Shown piece by piece: positions 31,865 through 41,758 of a stretch of DNA of 64,000 nucleotides. The stretch covers positions 43,974 to 107,973 of the forward strand of contig JBKJLC010000293.1 in assembly GCA_046597055.1 (NCBI GenBank), given 5' to 3'. Each line of letters opens with the position of its first letter. The stretch's first letter is position 1. Position numbers and translations under genes: made by a program. The notes under the pieces are model-generated. The model was not told the origin of the DNA and ran no database searches. It was given only the letters and a program-made list of their open reading frames with translations. This DNA is from Kofleriaceae bacterium (GTDB taxonomy: Bacteria > Myxococcota_A > Polyangia > Haliangiales > Haliangiaceae).

Positions 31865-34669
31865 GTGCCCGCGCGCTACCTGATCGGCGTCGATCTCGGG
31901 ACGACCAACACCGCGGTCGCCTACGTGGACACGCGCGCGACCGACCCACGCGTGAAGGTGTTCGAGGTCGTGCAGCTGGTTGCCCCCGGTGAGGTCGCCC
32001 CTCGCCGGCAGCTGCCATCGTTCCTGTACCTGCCGGGCGAGCACGATCTGGCGCCTGCCGAGACCGCGCTGCCGTGGCGACCGGTCGGCGCCGCCGGCGA
32101 CAACCGCATCGTGGTCGGCGAGCTCGCCCGTCACCAGGGCGCGCGCAACCCGTCGCGGATGATCGCCTCGGCCAAGTCCTGGCTGTGCCACCCGGGCGTC
32201 GACCGCAAGGCCGCCATCTTGCCGTGGGGCGAGGGCAGCGGACCGCGGCTGTCGCCGGTGGCCGCCCAGGCAGCGATCCTCGCGCACGTGCGGGCGGCCT
32301 GGGACGACCTGATGTCCGGGGAACCGGACAGCCAGTTCGTGGCCCAGGACGTCGTGGTCACCTGCCCCGCCTCGTTCGACGAGGCCGCCCGCGAGCTGAC
32401 CCAGGAGGCGGCCGCGCTGGCCGGCCTCGAGCGGGTGGTGCTGCTCGAGGAGCCCCAGGCGGCGTTCTATGCCTGGATCGATCGCCACCACAGCCGGGCC
32501 CGCACGCTCGCGCCCGGCGAGCGCGTGCTGGTGTTCGACGTCGGCGGCGGGACGTCGGACTTCACGCTGATCACGGTCGACGCCGACGGCGGCTTCGAGC
32601 GCACCGCGGTCGGCGATCATCTGCTCCTCGGTGGCGACAACGTCGACCTGACCCTGGCCAAGCTGGTCGAGCAGCGGCTCACCGCCGATGGCGGCAAGAA
32701 GCTCGATGCCCTCCAGTGGCACGGTCTGGTCCACGCCTGCCGGCTGGCCAAGGAGACGCTGCTGGGCGACGCCGCCCCGGCCGAGGTGCCGATCACCGTC
32801 GCCAGCCGCGGCTCGCGCTTGATCGGCGGCACGCTGCGCGACCAGATCACGCGCGCGGAGCTCGAGCGGGTGCTGTTCGACGGCTTCTTCCCGGTCGCGA
32901 CCGCCGACGCCACCCCGGTCCGCGGCCGCGGCGGCCTGCAGGAGATGGGGCTGCCGTACGCGAGCGACCCGGCGGTGACGCGGCACCTGGCGTCGTTCCT
33001 GGCCCGCCACGGCGCGGCCCGGGTCGACGCGGTGCTGTTCAATGGTGGCGCCATGACTCCAGTCGCGCTGCGCGCGCGCGTGCTCGGGCAGCTGGCGGCG
33101 TGGCAGCCCGATGCGCCACCCCCGCGCGAGCTCGAGGCGATCGCACCCGAGCTGGCGGTCGCCGTGGGCGCCGCCTATTACGGGCTGGTCCGGCGCGGCC
33201 TGGCGACCCGCATCCGCGGTGGTACTCCGCGCGCGTTCTACATCGGCGTGGCGCGCGTGGCGGCGTCGGGCGGCGTCGCCGCGGCGCGGGTCGAGACCCA
33301 CACCGCGGTGTGCCTGGCCGGCAAGGGTCTCGACGAGGGCACCACGGTCGAGCTCGACCGCGACTTCGAGCTGGTGACCAACCGTCCGGTGCGGTTCCGG
33401 TTGTACTCGTCGAGCACGCGGACTGACCCGCCCGGCACGCTGGTGCCGATCGGCGATGGCCGCGCCGACACGATCGACGACGGCTCCGATCTGCTCGAGC
33501 TGCCGCCGATCGTCACGGTGCTGCGCGCGCGCGGCAAGAGCGCGGTCACGGTCCGGGTCCAGGCGACCGTCACCGAGCTGGGCGCGGTCGAGATCTGGTG
33601 CCACGACGTCGCCGATCCGACCGCGCGCTGGCGGCTATCGTTCGACGTACGCTCGGGTGGCTCGCCGGCGGCCGACGACGACACCGCGGCCAGCGCGGCG
33701 CCGCACCCGCGCATCGACGAGGCCAAGGCGCGCGTGACCGACGGGTTCCGCGGCGACCCCGGGCTGCTGGCGCCGCTCACGCGCGAGCTCGAGGAGATGC
33801 TCGAGGCGCGGCGCGACGAGTGGTCGATGCACGCGACCCGCGCGCTGTTCGACGCCCTGGCCGACGTGGTCGAGACCCGGCGTCGGTCGGCCGATCACGA
33901 GCAGCGCTGGCTCGGCCTGGCCGGGTTCTGCCTCCGGCCCGGCACCGGCGCCCCGCTCGACGCCTGGCGGGCGCGCCAGATGTGGGGCGTGTTCAACGAG
34001 GGGCTGGTCCACGGCAAGACCGAGGCGTCGCGGCTGGCCTGGTGGATCGTGTGGCGGCGGATCGCCGGCGGCCTCATCCCGGGCCAGCAGGAGCAGATCT
34101 ACGACCGGCTGGCGACGCTGCTGTTGCCGAGCGCGCGCCAGCAGAAGAAGCTGAGCGAGATCAAGCCGTCGAAGCAGGAGCTCGGTGAGATGTGGCGCGC
34201 GGTCGCCAGCCTCGAGCGCATCCCGGTCGCGCACAAGCTGAAGCTCGGCGACGAGCTGATGCGGCGGATGGAGACCCGCAAGGGTCGCGAGGACGCTGTC
34301 CACCTGTGGGCGCTCGGCCGGATCGCCGCGCGGGTACCGCTGTACGGGCCGCTCAACACGGTCGTGCCGGCGTCGAAGGCGGCGGCGTGGCTCGACCAGC
34401 TGCTGGTGTGGGACTGGCCGGAGCCCGACAAGGTCGCCTTCTCGCTGGCGCAGCTCGGCCGGCGCACCGACGACCGCACCCGCGAGCTCTCGGAGCCGCT
34501 GCGCGCGCGCCTGGCCGCCTACCTGCGCGGGCAACCCGGCGGCGACCGCGCCGCGATCCTGGTCGAGCAGGTGGTCGCGCTCGAGGCCCGCGAGGAGCGG
34601 GTCGCGCTCGGCGACACGCTGCCGGCCGGCTTGCGGCTGATGGTCGACGACCCGCCGCCCCCGGCGTGA
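31865..34669 (+). CDS. Large Hsp70-like protein with C-terminal extension (DUF3731-like)
   Basis: GVDLGTTN, EEPQAAF, DVGGGTSD; C-terminal GFCLRPG, WRRIAGGL, WALGRIAARVPLYG. Confidence 0.88.
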   Translation: MPARYLIGVDLGTTNTAVAYVDTRATDPRVKVFEVVQLVAPGEVAPRRQLPSFLYLPGEHDLAPAETALPWRPVGAAGDNRIVVGELARHQGARNPSRMIASAKSWLCHPGVDRKAAILPWGEGSGPRLSPVAAQAAILAHVRAAWDDLMSGEPDSQFVAQDVVVTCPASFDEAARELTQEAAALAGLERVVLLEEPQAAFYAWIDRHHSRARTLAPGERVLVFDVGGGTSDFTLITVDADGGFERTAVGDHLLLGGDNVDLTLAKLVEQRLTADGGKKLDALQWHGLVHACRLAKETLLGDAAPAEVPITVASRGSRLIGGTLRDQITRAELERVLFDGFFPVATADATPVRGRGGLQEMGLPYASDPAVTRHLASFLARHGAARVDAVLFNGGAMTPVALRARVLGQLAAWQPDAPPPRELEAIAPELAVAVGAAYYGLVRRGLATRIRGGTPRAFYIGVARVAASGGVAAARVETHTAVCLAGKGLDEGTTVELDRDFELVTNRPVRFRLYSSSTRTDPPGTLVPIGDGRADTIDDGSDLLELPPIVTVLRARGKSAVTVRVQATVTELGAVEIWCHDVADPTARWRLSFDVRSGGSPAADDDTAASAAPHPRIDEAKARVTDGFRGDPGLLAPLTRELEEMLEARRDEWSMHATRALFDALADVVETRRRSADHEQRWLGLAGFCLRPGTGAPLDAWRARQMWGVFNEGLVHGKTEASRLAWWIVWRRIAGGLIPGQQEQIYDRLATLLLPSARQQKKLSEIKPSKQELGEMWRAVASLERIPVAHKLKLGDELMRRMETRKGREDAVHLWALGRIAARVPLYGPLNTVVPASKAAAWLDQLLVWDWPEPDKVAFSLAQLGRRTDDRTRELSEPLRARLAAYLRGQPGGDRAAILVEQVVALEAREERVALGDTLPAGLRLMVDDPPPPA

Positions 34670-34864
34670 TCGTGAGCGAGGTGCCCGGGATGGATCGCGT
34701 GGTGGTGTGGTCGATCACCTGGTCGAAGACTCAGGGGCGCCACCCGCACGCGCGCAACCAGGCGAGCATCTCGGTCTGACGGGCGTGCCAGTCGGCCGGG
34801 CGATGGCGATGGCGCCACTGCCGGTCACATGAGCTCTCGCACTCACAAGTTCGATCACTTGCTC

Positions 34865-34983
34865 TTCCGTTCGTCCTGAGCGCAGCCCGGCGCGAAGCGG
34901 CGGGCGAAGTCGAAGGACGACCAGTGCGCGGCCGGCGTCCTTCGACCTCGAGCTCGCTCGCTCTGCGCTCAGGACGAACGGAA
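34865..34983. repeat. Palindromic REP/MITE-like element between convergent genes
   Basis: Inverted arms TTCCGTTCGTCCTGAGCGCAG / CTGCGCTCAGGACGAACGGAA and inner GTCGAAGGACG / CGTCCTTCGAC. Confidence 0.7.
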
Positions 34984-35031
34984 AAAACTGCTCGACCCCG
35001 ATCGCTTGCGCCTATCCGATCGGCATTGGCG

Positions 35032-37119
35032 CTAGCGCGCCGGCTCGCCGACGACGACGAACAGCATGTCGTCGTCGTGGGGCGCGTCGCCGACGTGGAC
35101 CCGGACCGCATCGAGCAGCGCCTGGGCCAGGTTGTCGCCGGCGTGGGCACCGAGGCTGCGCAGGGTGCGCTGGAGCCGACGCTCGCCGAACGCGCTATCG
35201 GCAATGTTGCGAGCCTCGACCACGCCGTCGCTGGTGAGCACGATGATGTCACCCGGCGCGAGCGCGCGCTCGCCCAGACCGATCACGCGCTCGGGCTCGC
35301 CCAGCGCGGTGCCGCGCGCGATCAGCGCGTGGAGCTCGACCGTGTCGCCGGTCGGGTGCAGCAGGTAACCGCCGCGGTGGCCCGCGCTCGCCCACTCGAC
35401 CCGACCGCCGGCGCGATCGACCAGCGCCGCCATGGCGGTGACCCGGTGCCGCCCGCCGTCGACGGTCGCGACGGTGTCGTGCAGCATGCCGATCACCGCC
35501 GCCGGGGTCGCGCGCACGCCGAGCAGCCCGGCCGCGGTCTGGCCGGCACCGTGGACCGCCGCCGACACCAGCGCGGCCGGGAGCCCGCGGCCGGCGACGT
35601 CGCCGACCAGGACCAGCAGGCGGTCGTCGGGCAACGCGACGCAGCTCCACAGGTCGCCGGCGACCCGCGCGGCGGGCTGGTAGATCACGGCGACCCGGTT
35701 GCCGCCCATGTCGCGCACGTCGCCGACGGCGCGCGCCTGGCGCACCGCCTCGGCCAGCTCGAGCTCGCGCGCGAGATCGGCCCGGCGCTCGACCTCGCGG
35801 GTCAGCGCGAGCACGGTCAGCGCCCGCGCCGTGGCCCGGGCCGCTTCGTCGAGGACGACCCGGTCGGAGTCGCGCAGCGGGGCGGCGCGGGTGCCGACGC
35901 ACAGGCCAACCAGCACGTCGCGGTCGGCCAGCGGCACCACCACGTCGGCGCCCAGCCCGCGCACCCAGGCCTCGATCTCCTCGCGGCGGTGATCGAGCCG
36001 CTCGGTCGCCAGCTCGGCGACCGCGAACGTGCCGTGCTGCTGCAGCCAGGCCTCGATCGCATCGCCGAACGGACGGGTTGGCCCGGTCGCGGCCCCGCGG
36101 ACCAGCCACCAGCCACCCTCGAGCCGCGCCCACACCCGCACGTCCGCGGCGAGGGCGCGGTCCTCGAGCAGCTCGGCCAGGCCGCGCGCCGCCTCGTCAG
36201 CGGTGGCCGCGGCGCCGACCCGGTCGACGAAGCGGTCGAGCGCGAGCTGCGCCGCCTCGGCCGGGGTCACCACGTCGTGCGCGACGGTGCGACCGATCAC
36301 GACGATCACGCCGGCGGCGAGCGCGCTGGCGAGCACCAGCACGGTGCTCTGCCCCGGCGCCGACACCGTCAGGGCCAGGATCAGCAGCACCACGCCGGTG
36401 ATCACGGTCGCGATCAGCTCGCGCGCGATCGCACGATCGATCCCGTGCGAGCGCAGGACGTCGCTGCGCAGGATCGCGTAGATCGCCATCGCGGTCGCGG
36501 CCAGGGCCGGCACCCACGTCAGCGGGTAGGTCCGGACCACCTGCAGCGCGAGCAGGATGTCGTTGCCGGCCAGGAGCGCGAGCACGCCGAGCGCGATCAC
36601 CAGGCGCGGCTGGCGGCGACGATCGCGGTGCCAGTTCCGGGTGCGGCGGCTGAGGCCGACCGCGTAGCCGACCCAGGCCGCGAACATGCCGACGTGGATC
36701 GGGAACAGTGGCCCGGCGACCGGGAACGACGCGCCGGTCGCCACGATCTGGACGTCGCGCACCACCAGATCGGTGGCGAGCGCGACGATCATCTGGCCGA
36801 GCCCGACCACCACCGCGGTCACCAGGATCGGTCGGTGCGAGTCGAGCTTGCCGACCAGCGCGAGGATCACCATCAGCAGCCCAGCGCCGATCACCGGCAC
36901 CGGCGCGTAGCCGAGCCGGTAGATGTGCAGCGTCACGTCGAGGTCCGTCGCGCACGCGCCGAGCGTCATGCCGACCGCCCACGGCAGCGCGGCGACCGCG
37001 ATCAGGACGAACGCGAGGCGGACCACCAGGTCGCCGCGCAGGATCGCGGCCAGCACGGCGAGCACGACCAAGGCTGCGCTGACCACCGCGAACGGCATGG
37101 CCTGGACGGTGAAGCTCAC
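35032..37119 (-). CDS. Membrane-bound SpoIIE/RsbU-type PP2C phosphatase
   Basis: Multi-TM N-terminus, GAF-like region, VAGDLW, GDVAGRG, SAGH, SDGVVEA, DDM. Confidence 0.85.
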   Translation of the reverse strand: MSFTVQAMPFAVVSAALVVLAVLAAILRGDLVVRLAFVLIAVAALPWAVGMTLGACATDLDVTLHIYRLGYAPVPVIGAGLLMVILALVGKLDSHRPILVTAVVVGLGQMIVALATDLVVRDVQIVATGASFPVAGPLFPIHVGMFAAWVGYAVGLSRRTRNWHRDRRRQPRLVIALGVLALLAGNDILLALQVVRTYPLTWVPALAATAMAIYAILRSDVLRSHGIDRAIARELIATVITGVVLLILALTVSAPGQSTVLVLASALAAGVIVVIGRTVAHDVVTPAEAAQLALDRFVDRVGAAATADEAARGLAELLEDRALAADVRVWARLEGGWWLVRGAATGPTRPFGDAIEAWLQQHGTFAVAELATERLDHRREEIEAWVRGLGADVVVPLADRDVLVGLCVGTRAAPLRDSDRVVLDEAARATARALTVLALTREVERRADLARELELAEAVRQARAVGDVRDMGGNRVAVIYQPAARVAGDLWSCVALPDDRLLVLVGDVAGRGLPAALVSAAVHGAGQTAAGLLGVRATPAAVIGMLHDTVATVDGGRHRVTAMAALVDRAGGRVEWASAGHRGGYLLHPTGDTVELHALIARGTALGEPERVIGLGERALAPGDIIVLTSDGVVEARNIADSAFGERRLQRTLRSLGAHAGDNLAQALLDAVRVHVGDAPHDDDMLFVVVGEPAR

Positions 37120-37273
37120 CCCGCGACCAGGCTACACCCGGCGCTGCGAGTGAAGCGAGCGGTCCGCGTGCCTGCGGGCGCTGTGGGCATCGGCGGCGGT
37201 GCGATCACCGAGACCCGCCCACACCGGGGGGCTTGCGCCTACCGACTCCGAGGGTGTGTTATGAGGAAGCTTC

Positions 37274-37975
37274 GTGTCTCGCCGCGCGAACCGGATCCGA
37301 GCTCGTCTCGCTGCCACGATCACGCCGATCGCGCCATCGGGTGACATGTTCGTGTGCCAGACCCGGGACATCTCGCAGGTCGGCTGCTTTCTCGAAACGG
37401 CGACCCCGCTGCTCGCCGGCACCCGGATCGAGATCGCGATCTTCGATCGGGCCCGCGGCGCGCCGGTCGAGGTCCTCGGCGAGATCTCGCGCGTGCTGCG
37501 CGGCGGCAACCCCGGCCTCGGGGTCCGGCTGCTCGAGCCCAACGAGGACTGGAAGGTGCTGTGTCAGTCCCTGGCGCGCGACGCCGGTCCCTACGACAAG
37601 AAGGTGCGGCGCCTGCGCATCCTGGTGGTCGGCGACGAGCGCCGCCAGCGCGGCGCCCTCGCGCTCTACGTCACCAGCGGCTGGGACGTCCAGTTCGCGA
37701 CCGACCTCGACGGCACCGTGGAGGCCCTGCGCGAGGTGGCCAGCCTCGATGCGATCATCGCCGAGCACGACGCAGCCGACGAGCGCTGGCAGCCGGTGCT
37801 CACCGAGGCCAAGCGCATCCAACCGGGCGCCCGCCGCATCGTCCGCGGCGCCCGCAACGGGCCGCTGGCGGAGGGCGCGCTGGTCCACCGGTTCGTCGAG
37901 CGCGACGCCGGGCTCGACGCCCTGCTCGACGCGCTGACCGCCGACATGACCGTCACGGAACCGCCCCCGCGCTGA
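37274..37975 (+). CDS. PilZ-like domain plus degenerate receiver domain protein
   Basis: RRANR...DISQVG PilZ motifs followed by RILVVGD. Confidence 0.65.
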   Translation: MSRRANRIRARLAATITPIAPSGDMFVCQTRDISQVGCFLETATPLLAGTRIEIAIFDRARGAPVEVLGEISRVLRGGNPGLGVRLLEPNEDWKVLCQSLARDAGPYDKKVRRLRILVVGDERRQRGALALYVTSGWDVQFATDLDGTVEALREVASLDAIIAEHDAADERWQPVLTEAKRIQPGARRIVRGARNGPLAEGALVHRFVERDAGLDALLDALTADMTVTEPPPR

Positions 37976-37996
37976 CCCGACGAGTCGATCGCTCGG

Positions 37997-38467
37997 CTAG
38001 CGGGCTTGCTCGAGCCGGGCCAGGGTGTGCTGCTGCTCGGCGAGCGCCTCCTTCAGGCGTCGCTGGGCCAGATCCTCGCGCATGGCGGCGGCGCGATCGC
38101 GCGAGGCCCGCGACACCGCCGCCAGGGCGATGATGCGCGAGGCGCTGCCAACGACCTCGGCGGCGGTCTCGAGCACCAGCATCTCGTCGTCGGGGTCACG
38201 CAGCCCGCGCTGGATCGCGCGGGCCAGTCGCGCGAACACCAGGTCGGCCCCGGACAGGAGGGTCTCCTCGGTGTCGCCCCACGCGAGCCGGCGCGAGATG
38301 CCGTCGTGCAGGGCCAGATCGAGCCCGTTCGAGGTGTCGTGGCCGGCGGTCAGCGCCCGCACGATCGCGTCGAAGATCGCGACCGCGGGTGCGTCTTCGT
38401 CGCCGCCGCCGACGATGTCGAGGACCTCGTCGCGCAGCACCTGGACCCGCTCGCCGACGTCGATCAC
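37997..38467 (-). CDS. Hypothetical helical protein
   Basis: Coupled to the upstream PP2C gene (4-nt overlap); GC3-rich codons. Confidence 0.6.
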   Translation of the reverse strand: MIDVGERVQVLRDEVLDIVGGGDEDAPAVAIFDAIVRALTAGHDTSNGLDLALHDGISRRLAWGDTEETLLSGADLVFARLARAIQRGLRDPDDEMLVLETAAEVVGSASRIIALAAVSRASRDRAAAMREDLAQRRLKEALAEQQHTLARLEQAR

Positions 38468-40341
38468 GAGCGCTGGGTCTCCTTGGTGACCCGGCGGCGC
38501 GGCGGCGGCCGGTCGCCGTCGGGACGCCGGTCGGGACCGCCGGCGTCGACCACGGTCGCGAGCTTCTGCTCGAGCTCGGAGATCCGCGCCTCGTTCTGGC
38601 TGACCTGGCCGCGCAGCCGCGCGGTCTCGCGCACGACCCCGCGCAGGTGCTCACCGGCCGGCGCGACCGAGCCGACCACCAGCGTCGCGATGCCCGAGCT
38701 CAGGCGCTGATAGGCAGCGGTGATCCGGCGCATCGCCGCCGCCTTGGCCGCGGGCGGCGCGGTCGCGGTGCGCACCGCCTCGACGTGCGCGCGCCGGGCA
38801 TAGTCGAGCGCGTCGAACAGCGGGCTGACCCCGGCCTCATCGAGCGTGCGCACGTCCCACAGCTCGCGGGCGGCCAGCACGACGTCCCCCGCGTCGCCGG
38901 CGGCCGCGGTCGCGACCCGGTGCGCGTGATCGACCGCGCGGGTGTAGAGCGCGCGATCGCCGGCGCCGCGCCCCGCCGTGGGCTGGGCCAGGGCCCGGCG
39001 GCGGGCCGCGTCGAGCAGGCCGCCGACCTCGGGCGCCGGCACCTCGCCCGCGACGGCGGTCCCGCGCACGTACGGGATGGTCGCCGAGTCGTGGAACTTG
39101 CCGGTCTCGACCCGGCCGCTTGGATGACGCTGCGACTGCTCGGCGTCGGCGCGGACCAGCTCGCCCTCGATGGTCCGCAGCCACTCGGCGAGCACGCCGC
39201 CGACCGCGGTCTCGGCGGTCACCAGCGCGCGCGCGACCGCGACCTCGACCAGCCCGGCCACGCCGCTGTCCTCGGCGCGCAGCTCGCCGATGACCTGATC
39301 GACCGCGCGCGCGAGGCCGTCGAGCAGATCGCGCAGCGGCGGCCAGCCGCCGCCCTGCCCCAGCCAGCCGTGGGCGAGGTTCTCGGCGAAGGTCCACACG
39401 TTCACGCCGGTGACCTTCTCGAGGTCGTGGTAGACGGCGTCGGCGAAGTTGCCGGCGACGATCGCGATCGCCTCGTCGGGCGCGAGCACCGCGCACAGCG
39501 GCGACCGGTGGATGCCGGCGACCCGGCACGCGGCGAGGAAACGATCGCGCCGCGCCCACCACGAGCCGGCGCCGGTGGTGCGCAGGACCATGGTCGCGCG
39601 TGGCACCGCGGCGACCCCGGCCTCGATGACGATCGCGGTGACATTGTCGCCACCGCCGCCGCGCAGCCCCGCCTCGATCAGGTCGCGGACGACGTCCGCC
39701 GGCGGATCGGTCGACGCGACCAGGTGGTGCACCGAGTCGGCCGACGCATACCCGTAGAGGCCGTCGGAGCAAAGCATCAGGCGGTCGCCCGGTTGCAGCT
39801 CGACCTCGCTGACGTCGGGCTGCGCGGCCGGGCGAGCGCCGAGGTTGCGCGACAGCACGTTCTTGTAGGCGTGATGGTCGGCCTCGTGGGGCGCGATCGC
39901 GCCGCGCGCGACCAGCTCGGCGACGATCGTGTGATCGTTGGTCAGGCGGTGCAGCCGGCCGTCGCGCAGCAGGTAGGCGCGGCTGTCGCCGACGTGCGCG
40001 ATGGTCGCCCGCCGGCCGTCGAGCAGGCAGACCACCACGGTCGTGCCCATGCCCTTGCGCTCGCGCCGCTGCTGCGACTCGCCGTGGACCGCGGCCGACG
40101 CCGCGTTGATCGCCGCCTCGAGCAGCTGGCGCGCCGGCAGCGCGGTGCGGCGGGCCCGCACGTACTCGTGGATCACGTCGCGCGCCTTGTTGGACGCGAC
40201 GTCGCCCGAGGCGGCTCCGCCCATGCCGTCGAGCACCGCGTAGAGGCCCCACTTCGGATCGACGATCAGCGCGTCTTCGTTGTTGTCGCGGACCGAGCCC
40301 TTGTGGCTGTCCCCGAACGACCGGACCGTGAGCGCGGTCAT
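38464..40341 (-). CDS. PP2C (Stp1/PrpC-type) Ser/Thr phosphatase with long C-terminal extension
   Basis: RDNNED, DGMGG, GMGTT, HVGDSRAY, CSDGL, GGDNVT. Confidence 0.88.
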   Translation of the reverse strand: MTALTVRSFGDSHKGSVRDNNEDALIVDPKWGLYAVLDGMGGAASGDVASNKARDVIHEYVRARRTALPARQLLEAAINAASAAVHGESQQRRERKGMGTTVVVCLLDGRRATIAHVGDSRAYLLRDGRLHRLTNDHTIVAELVARGAIAPHEADHHAYKNVLSRNLGARPAAQPDVSEVELQPGDRLMLCSDGLYGYASADSVHHLVASTDPPADVVRDLIEAGLRGGGGDNVTAIVIEAGVAAVPRATMVLRTTGAGSWWARRDRFLAACRVAGIHRSPLCAVLAPDEAIAIVAGNFADAVYHDLEKVTGVNVWTFAENLAHGWLGQGGGWPPLRDLLDGLARAVDQVIGELRAEDSGVAGLVEVAVARALVTAETAVGGVLAEWLRTIEGELVRADAEQSQRHPSGRVETGKFHDSATIPYVRGTAVAGEVPAPEVGGLLDAARRRALAQPTAGRGAGDRALYTRAVDHAHRVATAAAGDAGDVVLAARELWDVRTLDEAGVSPLFDALDYARRAHVEAVRTATAPPAAKAAAMRRITAAYQRLSSGIATLVVGSVAPAGEHLRGVVRETARLRGQVSQNEARISELEQKLATVVDAGGPDRRPDGDRPPPRRRVTKETQRS

Positions 40342-40348
40342 CGGATCC

Positions 40349-40792
40349 TCACCGCCACGCCTCGGTCGCGCGCCGCTGCGCCGAGCGCTTGGCGACCTCG
40401 TCGGCGATCATCTCGTTGACCATGCGCGCGGTCACCCGGATCGCGCTCGTGATCGCGAGCACGACCGTCGGGTCGTCGGGGCGGTCGCGGCGGGCGACCT
40501 GGATGGCGACGTCCCCGATCGCGACCAGCACGCGCAGGGCATGGTCGGGCGCCAGCCCGTCGGCGCCGCGCAGCGCGATGAACGTCTGGACGAAGCCACG
40601 GTGCAGCGCGTGGTCCCCGGTGAGCAGCAGGGTACGAAGACCGAGGAGGACACCGTCGAACAGCGAGCGCGCCTCCTCGGCCGTGAGCCGCGCAAACGCG
40701 TGATCGAGGCTCGGACGTACCTCGAGAAGACGGCTCAGCACCGCTTGTCGCAGCCCCTCGAACGCGGCGACGTACGCGGGCACACCCGTCAT
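40349..40792 (-). CDS. Hypothetical helical protein
   Basis: Same strand and 8 nt upstream of the PP2C gene; plausible codon usage. Confidence 0.55.
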   Translation of the reverse strand: MTGVPAYVAAFEGLRQAVLSRLLEVRPSLDHAFARLTAEEARSLFDGVLLGLRTLLLTGDHALHRGFVQTFIALRGADGLAPDHALRVLVAIGDVAIQVARRDRPDDPTVVLAITSAIRVTARMVNEMIADEVAKRSAQRRATEAWR

Positions 40793-40858
40793 GGGGAACG
40801 ATGCTACCAAGCCCCGCCGTCGCGTGATAGCGTCGGCGAGGTCACAAGGGAGACGCCA

Positions 40859-41677
40859 GTGAAGGGGGGGAAGATCCTAGTCATCGACGATGAGCCCATG
40901 GTCCGCGAGGCCGTGGGTCGGGTCCTTGTCGGCGAGGGTTACGCGGTGGCGTTTGCCCACGACGGTAATGACGCCATCGGCAAGCTACGCGCCGACCGGC
41001 CCGACGCGATCCTCCTCGACCTCATGATGCCGGGGATGAACGGGCGGCAGTTTCTGTCCGCCCTGCGCTCGGACCTCGGCCTGGATCTGCCGGTGGTCGT
41101 GATGACCGCCGTCCACGGCCTCGGCCAGCGCGCCATCACGCTGGGCGCGACCGACGTGGTCGAGAAGCCGTTCGACGTCGACGAGCTGCTCAACAAGGTC
41201 GCCCTCGCGGTGTTCCGGAGCCGCCAGTCCGAGCCACCAGCGACGCCCACCGACGCCTCGCTGGGCATCAGCGAGACTCCGGTCGGCGAGATCCGCATCA
41301 TCGTCGTGATCGATCACGACCTGGGCGCGCTCGGCCGGCTCGACGCGCTGCTGAGCGGGGCCGGCTACACGGTGGTCGCCGTGCCGCGCATCACGGATCA
41401 GCTGCCCCGGCTGCTGCGCGCGCTGGCGCCCACCGCGATCCTCCTCGGGGTCGACGCCACCAACGACGGCGGCGCCGCGCTGACCGCGACCATCCGGGCC
41501 ACCTCCGGGCTGCACGACGTCCCGCTGCTCGCCTTCACCCGGGCCGGCGACGCTCGCGCCGCGGTGGCCACGCACGTGGTCTCGACCGCGGCGGTCACGC
41601 TGGCGCGGCCCGGCGACGACGATCTGCTCCGGACCGTCGACCTGATGAGCAACCGGCGTCCGCGTCCGAAGGCGTGA
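40859..41677 (+). CDS. Response regulator with tandem receiver domains
   Basis: ILVIDDE, LLDLMMP, KPF; second degenerate receiver; GTG at 40859 after GGGAG. Confidence 0.82.
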   Translation: MKGGKILVIDDEPMVREAVGRVLVGEGYAVAFAHDGNDAIGKLRADRPDAILLDLMMPGMNGRQFLSALRSDLGLDLPVVVMTAVHGLGQRAITLGATDVVEKPFDVDELLNKVALAVFRSRQSEPPATPTDASLGISETPVGEIRIIVVIDHDLGALGRLDALLSGAGYTVVAVPRITDQLPRLLRALAPTAILLGVDATNDGGAALTATIRATSGLHDVPLLAFTRAGDARAAVATHVVSTAAVTLARPGDDDLLRTVDLMSNRRPRPKA

Positions 41678-41758
41678 CGCCGATCGACGCGCCCGCGCCC
41701 GGCGCGAAGACGAGCGCGGCGGGCACCGGCGGCACCGCGGGGTGGTAAAATCAGCGGG

